This document shows, one piece after another, positions 41,331 to 48,713 of a stretch of 64,000 nucleotides of DNA; position 1 is the first letter of the stretch; each line of letters starts with the position of its first letter. The notes below the pieces were generated by a model. The model saw only the letters and a list, made by a program, of their open reading frames with translations. It searched no databases and was not told the origin of the DNA. The DNA lies in NCBI GenBank assembly GCA_016712635.1, contig JADJQS010000008.1, positions 63,104-127,103 on the forward strand, read 5' to 3'. This DNA is from Gammaproteobacteria bacterium. GTDB lineage: Bacteria; Pseudomonadota; Gammaproteobacteria; SZUA-140. Position numbers and translations under genes: made by a program.

Positions 41331-41527
41331 CAAATCACCATGGCCGAATAGCCGGCGTGGCGTACCGCAGAGATCACATCCTGGGTATTTGGGGTGCCCT
41401 CAATGACCGCTATTCCATCTTCGATGCGGATTTCCTTGATTTCTTTGACGCCAGATACTTTGGCAAGTGCTGTTTCAACAGCATGGACGCAGTGACTGCA
41501 AGTCATGCCGGTGATTTTAATGATCAT
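41330..41527 (-). CDS. copZ: CopZ-like HMA-domain copper chaperone
   Basis: 65 aa from the ATG at 41527 (MIIKITGMTCSHCVHAVE...), with GGAGGAGG 5-6 nt upstream. The longer ORF to 41620 is not needed. Confidence 0.85.
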   Translation of the reverse strand: MIIKITGMTCSHCVHAVETALAKVSGVKEIKEIRIEDGIAVIEGTPNTQDVISAVRHAGYSAMVI

Positions 41528-41546
41528 AGATGCCTCCTCCCTATCC

Positions 41547-41562
41547 CACCCCACCTGGGGTG
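41547..41562. promoter_or_regulatory. CsoR-type GC-tract inverted-repeat operator upstream of copZ
   Basis: CACCCCA-cc-TGGGGTG lies within TATCCCACCCCACCTGGGGTGAG, 20-35 nt upstream of the copZ ATG. It resembles the ...CCCACCCC...GGGGTGGG... pseudo-palindromes described for CsoR operators (from memory). Confidence 0.6.
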
Positions 41563-41864
41563 AGTTAATCTTATTATGATCGCTCTCATTAAATCCAGTG
41601 GCAAGATTGCGAGTAGGCAAAATAATCTATATGTAAACATATAGTTAAATGATTAATGATTATGTTCCTATATATTTGTAAGCATGAGAGACATCATCAC
41701 ATGAATGCGGGCGTATAATTAGCTCATGACCTCGGTGAGTTATATGTGTATGTGGTTGTTACTTGAGGTATTCTTGATTGATCAGTACTCTCTAAGCTGA
41801 ATCTTGAACAGGCATTTTCACGATGCCAAAACACAAACTTAATTAACCTTCAGGAAGGCGGATA

Positions 41865-42326
41865 ATGGAACGAATTACGATGTCCCTAGATTCTGTTCTG
41901 GCCGATTTGTTCGACAATTTCATAGCCGAGCATGGTTATACCAACCGCTCAGAAGCAATGCGGGATTTGATCCGGCAGCAGCTGGAAAAGGAGCAACTGG
42001 AAAAATCTGGTGATGGTCATTGTGTCGCGACCTTGAGCTACGTGTATAACCATCACGAGCTGGAACTGGCCAGCCGTATTACAGAAGTCCTTCACGATCA
42101 CCACGAACTTACGCTTTCAAGCATGCATATCCATCTGGATCACGATAATTGTCTGGAAATAACCATCATGCGCGGATCGGTGGATATCGTCAGAAATACC
42201 GCGAACGCCATTATGGCGGAGCGAGGTGTTCGCCACGGCAAGTTGAGTATGGTGCCGATCGATGTTAGCGAGGTCAGTCATACGCACGGTGGTCAGCCGC
42301 ACGTTCATAGCCGGCCGATGACTTGA
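41865..42326 (+). CDS. nikR: Nickel-responsive regulator NikR
   Basis: N-terminal RHH (ERITMSLDSVLADLFDNFIAEHGYTNRSEAMRDLIR) and a C-terminal ACT-like metal-binding domain with the conserved His/Cys set (HC.ATLSYVYNHH, HDHH, HIHLDHDNCLE). Confidence 0.9.
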   Translation: MERITMSLDSVLADLFDNFIAEHGYTNRSEAMRDLIRQQLEKEQLEKSGDGHCVATLSYVYNHHELELASRITEVLHDHHELTLSSMHIHLDHDNCLEITIMRGSVDIVRNTANAIMAERGVRHGKLSMVPIDVSEVSHTHGGQPHVHSRPMT

Positions 42327-42434
42327 GAATGATCCGGGTATAATCTCTCCTTATGTTTAATCTGGCGCGGAAATTGCCTCTCCACTAAGTGGAGGCATCT
42401 CACCAATCTATTAACTATTTGATGCATTGGCATT

Positions 42435-43058
42435 ATGAGAGAAAAGGAGAAGGCTACTAGCATTATCTACGTTCGTCATGGGCAAGCTGATTTTCCGCAT
42501 GACAGACTGTACTGCGATGAGCGCGAAGATCCGTCACTTACCGCTGAAGGCTTGGCACAGGCGCAGCTAGCCGCCACCTTGCTTGCAGACCAAGCTATCG
42601 AGGCTATTTACAGCAGCCCTATGATGCGTACGCGCATGACTGCTGAGCTGATAGCGGACAAATCCACAGCAAGGGTGATTTTTGAGCCAAGGCTTAAAGA
42701 GCGTCCATTCGGGATTTGGGATGGACTGTATTTTGATGAAATAGCAAGGGATTATCCGGATCAGTTTCTGGCATGGAAGCGTGATCCGATATCTTTTGTT
42801 CCTGAGGGAGGCGAAACGATCGATGCGCATATGGATCGGGTAAAGTCAGCCCTGCAGGACATAATCGATAATCATCGCGGGCAGCGAATTCTTGTTGTAT
42901 CTCATGTGGGGCCGATACGGATGTGCATCACAGATGCGCTGGGTATGCCGTTATCCTCTTATCGCAGACTGACAATCGATTATGCGTCTGTCACGAGAGT
43001 AGATTATGGAAGAAAACAGAACAATCTAATTTATATGAATATCTCTGGAAAATTATGA
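42435..43058 (+). CDS. Histidine phosphatase family protein (phosphoglycerate mutase / CobC-like)
   Basis: Has the RHG catalytic motif (IIYVRHGQADF), the SPMMRTRMTA segment and VVSHVGPIR. Confidence 0.8.
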   Translation: MREKEKATSIIYVRHGQADFPHDRLYCDEREDPSLTAEGLAQAQLAATLLADQAIEAIYSSPMMRTRMTAELIADKSTARVIFEPRLKERPFGIWDGLYFDEIARDYPDQFLAWKRDPISFVPEGGETIDAHMDRVKSALQDIIDNHRGQRILVVSHVGPIRMCITDALGMPLSSYRRLTIDYASVTRVDYGRKQNNLIYMNISGKL

Positions 43059-43334
43059 ATCCTGGGCACGGCTGTTTGCAGGGTAAGTGGCGCGCAGGCA
43101 GTTATGGTTTCTGATTAGTACGAGGAATTGCAGCAGCACAGGGGTTCTGCCGATTGCAGTAAAATGGACTTGATTGGGTGCGTGTGCTAGGATTAACCTA
43201 TTGGTTTTATTGCGTCTATTATGGAATGATAAGTGTGATCATGCCGGAACCGGCAACTGACGTGGTGAGACTTCCCAGCTTCAGATTACACGACGATGGA
43301 TCTTACTTGACGCAATTGTGGTTGACAGGACCAG

Positions 43335-44321
43335 ATGCTCGGAGGATTTAGACAGATGGTTAATCACTCGGCTATAAAAGCAGTGTCAGGGCTTTATCGA
43401 GTAACTGGTGCGGCGCTGTTTCTGCTGGTTGCCGCTCCAATTCAGGCGCTCCCTGTATTCGATAACTGGACTGTGGCGAATGGCGACGTCAGCGTGACAT
43501 GTCCCGCTGGCTTTACGTGTGAAACCCTGACTACCGGCGACGGTTTTGCCCAGGTGCAATGGGTTGAAACTGCTACCGGAGATACGTTCATTCAGACGAT
43601 CATCACAGACCAGGGAGCGGGGGCTGTCGGTGGTACCCCGTCAGCGGGTCTTCCCTACAGCGATGAGAGTTTTATCATGCTCGGCGGTTCAAACGGAATC
43701 TCCTCGCGTCAACATTATTTCCAGGACGATACCGCAACCACGGGCACGATTTTCGAGAATACCACAGCGCTGAATACCGGTTGGGCACAAATCAATCCTA
43801 CCGATCCGGACATGGATGTAACCCAGACGCTTACGGTTGATGCAACGCCCGCTGTGACGGGGGATGAATTCACCAATGCGTTCGAGATGCATCTGATACA
43901 TGATGCTGGCGGCACAACCACGGGTAGCAGTATATCTATCACCCAGAACTCAGGCCTCGGGAACGGGGCGGACACCTCGACTGACAGCCAGGAATTCCAA
44001 TTGGTCCATCTGCAGGGCAGTTATGTCGCGACAGGTTCAAGCATCACGCTGGATCCGACAACCACGGCGAGTGGCGGTACTGTGGCCTGGAGCGCGGGTG
44101 ATGACATCATGATTCGCTGGATTGGCCAAAGTATCGATCTTGGCGCCCAAGGGACTGCGGTATTCGGGTTCGAGGGTATTACGAATAATACTGATCCGGA
44201 TGAGGCCACGACCTTTTCTACAACCAGCGCCGGTATTACAGTCGATGGCACTGATCCCCAAGGATTCGGTACACCATTTGACTGGGATACGGTCTTTGGA
44301 GCTACTCCGCCTCAGCTTTAA
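43335..44321 (+). CDS. Secreted Thr/Gly/Asp-rich hypothetical protein
   Basis: A hydrophobic signal-like segment (AALFLLVAAPIQA) precedes a domain I cannot assign. It is followed by a strong terminator. The start may be the ATG at 43356. Confidence 0.6.
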   Translation: MLGGFRQMVNHSAIKAVSGLYRVTGAALFLLVAAPIQALPVFDNWTVANGDVSVTCPAGFTCETLTTGDGFAQVQWVETATGDTFIQTIITDQGAGAVGGTPSAGLPYSDESFIMLGGSNGISSRQHYFQDDTATTGTIFENTTALNTGWAQINPTDPDMDVTQTLTVDATPAVTGDEFTNAFEMHLIHDAGGTTTGSSISITQNSGLGNGADTSTDSQEFQLVHLQGSYVATGSSITLDPTTTASGGTVAWSAGDDIMIRWIGQSIDLGAQGTAVFGFEGITNNTDPDEATTFSTTSAGITVDGTDPQGFGTPFDWDTVFGATPPQL

Positions 44322-44359
44322 GTAAATACCGCTGTACTCCTTCACATTTTTTGCCTTCT

Positions 44360-44396
44360 AAACAGAGAGAAGGTAACAACCTTCTCTCTGTTTTCT
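44360..44396 (+). terminator. Rho-independent terminator
   Basis: AACAGAGAGAAGG-taacaa-CCTTCTCTCTGTT is a 13-bp perfect stem followed by TTTCT. Confidence 0.85.
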
Positions 44397-44670
44397 GCCT
44401 AACGCGATTAATCAATGTCGTTTCATGAGTAGCTTAATGTTGCTATGTACCAAAGCGTTTTTCGCGTGTAACATTGTTGAACAATTACACTGTTAGATTT
44501 GATGGCATGGCGGGAACGTTGCTGTCTAGTTGAATGTTGATTGGTGCAGTTGTCCCTGTGTTGGTTGATCGGATTGATTCTTCCCGTATGGTTTGTTCAA
44601 GCACTGAGGGTGACGTCGACATGGATCGCTTTCAACACATGGCAGTTTCAAAGCCGCGTTAATATCAGGA

Positions 44671-45531
44671 TTGATGTCCATGGATCGTCTGAATAAGCAT
44701 CTGCGAAGATTTTCTGGTGCATTGATCAGCTGCGCCGGCCTCGTTCTGTATGTATCAACCGGGATGGCCGAAGAGGTCGTGCCTGAGTTCACGGGCAAGC
44801 AAATCTTCGAACAATGCGGTTACAAATATCCTGGCGATGATCAGCAGGGTAAGTTCACGGTAATTCTTCAAGACAAGGATGGAAAGGTCATGAAGAGTGA
44901 ATATCTGCGGTATTGGAAGGATTACAAGGGTAAAGACGATGTTGCGGACAAGATGCTCTTGTTTACGACATATCCCCCGGAGGCAAAAGGCTCTGCATTC
45001 ATGCGGGTGGCATACAGTCAGCATGATAAACCCGTAGATCAATGGATTTATCTCCCTGCGCTTAAAAAGATCAGGCGGGTTTCTATCCGTGATCTGGGCG
45101 ACAGTTTTTTGAATTCCAATCTGACGTATGCCGATGTCAGCCGGCGAGCTCTGGAAGATGACGAGCACAAGTATCTGGGGACACGGCAAGTCGACGATGC
45201 GGTGTTTCATATTGTCGAAAGTATACCAAGGGAAGCCAATCCGATTTACGGCAAACGAATATTCTGGTTTCTCAAGACTAAAAATTGGGACGAGTGCGTC
45301 AATACGCGGATTGACTACTACGATAACAACGGTGAGCTGATAAAGGATCAATTTATCAAGTGGCAGCGTGTAGGAGACGCTTGGGTATGGGATCGAGTGT
45401 TAGTGAGGAGCCGGCGCACACTTAGTGCCTCGATCTTTCAACTCAGCGAGATCAAGATCAACGCCGGTGTTGATGACGATTTGTTCACAGCCAGATCCTT
45501 AGAGCATGGGCCGGCTGGCCTTGAGCAATGA
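44671..45531 (+). CDS. Outer-membrane lipoprotein-sorting (LolA-like) family protein
   Basis: Signal peptide, then sequence typical of the LolA_like / outer membrane lipoprotein-sorting family (MLLFTTYPPEAKGSAFM, DQWIYLPALKKIRRVS, FLNSNLTYADV, DYYDNNGELIK). Confidence 0.7.
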   Translation: MMSMDRLNKHLRRFSGALISCAGLVLYVSTGMAEEVVPEFTGKQIFEQCGYKYPGDDQQGKFTVILQDKDGKVMKSEYLRYWKDYKGKDDVADKMLLFTTYPPEAKGSAFMRVAYSQHDKPVDQWIYLPALKKIRRVSIRDLGDSFLNSNLTYADVSRRALEDDEHKYLGTRQVDDAVFHIVESIPREANPIYGKRIFWFLKTKNWDECVNTRIDYYDNNGELIKDQFIKWQRVGDAWVWDRVLVRSRRTLSASIFQLSEIKINAGVDDDLFTARSLEHGPAGLEQ

Positions 45532-45643
45532 GGAAACGATAAGTTTTTCCCCGTCTGATTGTGCCTGACGAAGTTCCAGCCTGTATGGCCGGTTCTTGAG
45601 TCTGGGCACGTAAGGGAAGTGACAGATCAAGCGTGCAACATGT

Positions 45644-45672
45644 TTGACGTTGTATAACTATAGTTATACAAT
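45644..45672 (+). promoter_or_regulatory. Sigma70-type promoter overlapped by a perfect 22-bp palindrome (candidate auto-operator of the RHH gene)
   Basis: TTGACG (45644-45649), a 17-nt spacer and TACAAT (45667-45672). The spacer and -10 are occupied by TTGTATAACTA|TAGTTATACAA (45650-45671), which is exactly self-complementary. Confidence 0.6.
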
Positions 45673-45709
45673 GTGTGCGTCTGGAAAATCACGCCAACAG
45701 GGGTTCCTT

Positions 45710-46153
45710 ATGCAAAATTTCGCAAGACAAATGAGAGAGATTGGAAGAAAGCAGTCGCGAATGATGCGTGACCAGACGCAGGTGAGCGCGATGAAGCGAA
45801 AAGAAGAATATTTAGGCGCGCGGGTTCCCAAGGATCTGCGCCAGAAGGTGATTGCGAAAGCGGATAGCCTGGGTATACCGGTATCCATACTCATCAGAAA
45901 TATCCTGGAAGATGCATTCAATGTGCACGTCGCACATGGACGTGAACAAGAAGCACGCACTGCCTCAACGCCTGGCTCGCTCAAAGCGAAATTTCCCAAC
46001 ATCATAGGATGGGAGAATATTACCTTGAACAGGGACGTGGCATGCTCAGGATGCTTACGACACCTTCCTGCGGGAAGTTCGGCCATTTTTGGACTGGGGA
46101 TGCCGAGGGAAGATCATGTAATTCTGTGTGAAAAATGCAGAGAGTATGCCTGA
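45710..46153 (+). CDS. Ribbon-helix-helix (CopG/Arc-like) protein with C-terminal four-Cys zinc-ribbon
   Basis: 147 aa from the ATG at 45710. It has an RHH-like segment (LGARVPKDLRQKVIAKADSLGIPVSILIRNILEDAF) and C-terminal CSGC...(27 aa)...CEKC. Its 3' end overlaps the next gene by 19 nt. Confidence 0.6.
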   Translation: MQNFARQMREIGRKQSRMMRDQTQVSAMKRKEEYLGARVPKDLRQKVIAKADSLGIPVSILIRNILEDAFNVHVAHGREQEARTASTPGSLKAKFPNIIGWENITLNRDVACSGCLRHLPAGSSAIFGLGMPREDHVILCEKCREYA

Positions 46154-47649
46154 GCCGGGCTGGAAGCATCAAACAATTGGCATGCAGCGCTGTACTGCTC
46201 GCTATCGCGCTTGCTGCATCCGCGGCAGAGGGTGAGGGCGAAGCGACCGGAATAGAGAATCTATTCCACGATGAAATCCAGACTTCTGCCGCCTCCGGGA
46301 CAGACGCCGGAGATTCCTTGCAAAATCTTGCATTAAGCGGATATTTCAAAAATGAGACTGCTTACCGTCTGGATGAGCCGAGATCAATAACTAAAATAAG
46401 AAATACAATTCAGCTTAATGGTGCATATACATTCAGTCCGTCCCGCAGGCTGGGCTTCTCCGCATGGGCCTACCATGATCTGGCCTATGACCTGTTCGAT
46501 TATGAAACGATATCGGCCAGGTTCGCGCGCGACGATGACAAGCCACTGGTTTTCGTGAATGATCTCAGGCACGAGAAAGACTCTCCTGTTGCGGAACTGA
46601 GGGAGTTCTATTTCGACATAGCAACAAGCAACGTCGACATCCGCACAGGGAAGCAGATTGTTGTTTGGGGGGTGCTAGAAGGAATCAGGATTACTGACGA
46701 GATTAATCCCCTCGACTTCAGGGAGCTGATTCTGCCAGAACTGCTTGATTACAGAATCCCGCTATGGATGGCCAAAATCGATGTCTATGATGAAGCGGAC
46801 AGCTATCAATTCATCTGGATTCCAGATATCAAGTTTCATAAGCCGGCGCCGCCTGGTTCCGAATGGGAGCTTCTCCAGGACGTTCCCAATACAGAAGAGC
46901 CCAACTCCTTTACGATGCGCAACTCCGAGTTTGGGGTTCGATATTCCACCAATTACCTCGACACTGAGATCTCGCTCAGCTATTTCTATACGTGGGATGA
47001 TTTCCCCGTAGTCTATCGATCCGCCGCCATCGACTCGGCCCTCGATCCGATTTTTTTCCCGACATATACCCGTATCAACATGTACGGCCTGACGGGCGTC
47101 AGGCAGGCGGGCACAGGTATCATCAAGGCGGAATTTGCCTATGTACCTGATAAATATTTCGGTCTGCGGAATGATACAGACCGCGATGGCGACGGATTTC
47201 TGGACGATCAGGGGGAGCTGCAACGAAAACATATCCGATGGGGGATCGGCTATGATTTCACGAAATATGGCGCGGACTTCTCGCCGGCGGTCTCGCAGTG
47301 GATAATTCTCGATCACGACGACAATCTTATTCAGGACAAATTCGACACTTCTCTCACCCTTTTTGTACGAAAACCCCTGCCAGAGCAGGCTGCTGTCTTC
47401 CAGCTCCTTGTCATAGGTCTTGTCAATCTCAAGGAGCTCTATCTGAAGCCCAAGATCACATTCTCGATCACGGATCATCTCCAGGTTTCCGCCGGTTTTG
47501 ACATGTTCACCGGAGCCAAATCAGAACTTGGGACATCGGGAGGCGCTAATGTGATCACCAGTGCTGAGGCACTGGAGCAAAGCGCACAATTCTTTGGTAA
47601 TTTCAACAATAATGATCGCGTCTTCGCAGAGTTTAAGTACACATTCTAG
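46135..47649 (+). CDS. DUF1302-like outer-membrane beta-barrel protein
   Basis: Signal peptide (AVLLAIALAASAAEG), LSGYFKNETAYR, GKQIVVWG and a C-terminal aromatic end ...FAEFKYTF. It is commonly paired with LolA-like proteins. Confidence 0.65.
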   Translation: MQRVCLSRAGSIKQLACSAVLLAIALAASAAEGEGEATGIENLFHDEIQTSAASGTDAGDSLQNLALSGYFKNETAYRLDEPRSITKIRNTIQLNGAYTFSPSRRLGFSAWAYHDLAYDLFDYETISARFARDDDKPLVFVNDLRHEKDSPVAELREFYFDIATSNVDIRTGKQIVVWGVLEGIRITDEINPLDFRELILPELLDYRIPLWMAKIDVYDEADSYQFIWIPDIKFHKPAPPGSEWELLQDVPNTEEPNSFTMRNSEFGVRYSTNYLDTEISLSYFYTWDDFPVVYRSAAIDSALDPIFFPTYTRINMYGLTGVRQAGTGIIKAEFAYVPDKYFGLRNDTDRDGDGFLDDQGELQRKHIRWGIGYDFTKYGADFSPAVSQWIILDHDDNLIQDKFDTSLTLFVRKPLPEQAAVFQLLVIGLVNLKELYLKPKITFSITDHLQVSAGFDMFTGAKSELGTSGGANVITSAEALEQSAQFFGNFNNNDRVFAEFKYTF

Positions 47650-47689
47650 GTCGGTGCATGCAGTTATTGCGCGGGAAGGTGTGGAAGAG

Positions 47690-48628
47690 ATGATACGTGC
47701 TGCAAACAATCGTCCGCGACGCAAGCCGCCGGCAGTTCTCGTATATTCTCTGGTATTTGCAAGCGCGTATCTTTCATATGAAGCACGCGCGGATCCAATA
47801 GAAAAGAAATGGAGTGTCTCGCCGATGCTGGGTGTTCATAGCCCCAGGATGACACTCCTCAATAAAGGGGAGTTCCGTTCACCATTGCCTGGCAGGGGTA
47901 GGATCATATTCCAGGACAGTGGTGAAAACACCGATTATGACTTTGTGATAAACAACCAGCTCCCGTCCATCGAATACGGAACGGAGGCAGGCGTCGAACT
48001 CAGATACAATCTCGATCCCAAGGTCTCACTCATACTGGGATCCAGTGGCTGGGAAGGAGTTTCTACCTCGGCGGTTCAGACCGAGATACCCTTCCAGGGT
48101 ACATTGACACCGGCGGGCTATGAGCGATCCGCGAGCATATCCTATTTTCAGTATTATCTCGGTCTGCAGCGGATACTTTTCCAGAAACCGAAGAAATATG
48201 ACATCTACGGGAGAATCACGCTTAACGAGGTGCTGGACATCGATTACAAGGAGAATCTTGTGTTCGGCTTCCAGGGTGTCGGTGGAGACACGTTCAAGCG
48301 GATCATAGAGATGAAATCACAGGCTACCGGGCTCCTGATGCTGAATTTCGGGGTTGGAGGCGAATATTTTATGAAGAGCTGGATTTCACTGGGGCTCGAT
48401 CTGGGATATACGCTGAGCGCTGAAAAGATCAGCCTCGGCAACGCCACGCTCAAGTCTGATATCCAAGAAGAGGACAATTTGAATTTCAGGACGCCGGTAC
48501 AGTTGGATGCCAATAATGAGCTCACCTATCTCTCGGAAGCCACCACCTTCGATGACGTTAGCTATCGTAAGCTGGAACTCGGCTTTGACGGATGGAGAGC
48601 GTTGTTCCGTATCAACTTGTATTTCTAA
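47690..48628 (+). CDS. Outer-membrane beta-barrel protein (unassigned family)
   Basis: The ATG at 47690 has a GGAAGAG SD. It has a signal-like N-terminus, an alternating hydrophobic pattern and the C-terminal ...LFRINLYF OMP signature. Confidence 0.6.
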   Translation: MIRAANNRPRRKPPAVLVYSLVFASAYLSYEARADPIEKKWSVSPMLGVHSPRMTLLNKGEFRSPLPGRGRIIFQDSGENTDYDFVINNQLPSIEYGTEAGVELRYNLDPKVSLILGSSGWEGVSTSAVQTEIPFQGTLTPAGYERSASISYFQYYLGLQRILFQKPKKYDIYGRITLNEVLDIDYKENLVFGFQGVGGDTFKRIIEMKSQATGLLMLNFGVGGEYFMKSWISLGLDLGYTLSAEKISLGNATLKSDIQEEDNLNFRTPVQLDANNELTYLSEATTFDDVSYRKLELGFDGWRALFRINLYF

Positions 48629-48713
48629 CCCCGGCTATCCGTGACGCCACCGCGCCATGCAGCACATTCTCAGCGTTACTGCGGTTCTCTGATCTCGGTA
48701 CTGTAATATCCCG

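Noticed and set aside
42376-42396. Hairpin GCCTC(T)CCAC-taa-GTGGAGGC between nikR and the histidine phosphatase gene, considered as a terminator.
   Set aside because: No U-tract follows and the stem has a bulge. It could equally be an incidental structure, so it is not listed as a feature.
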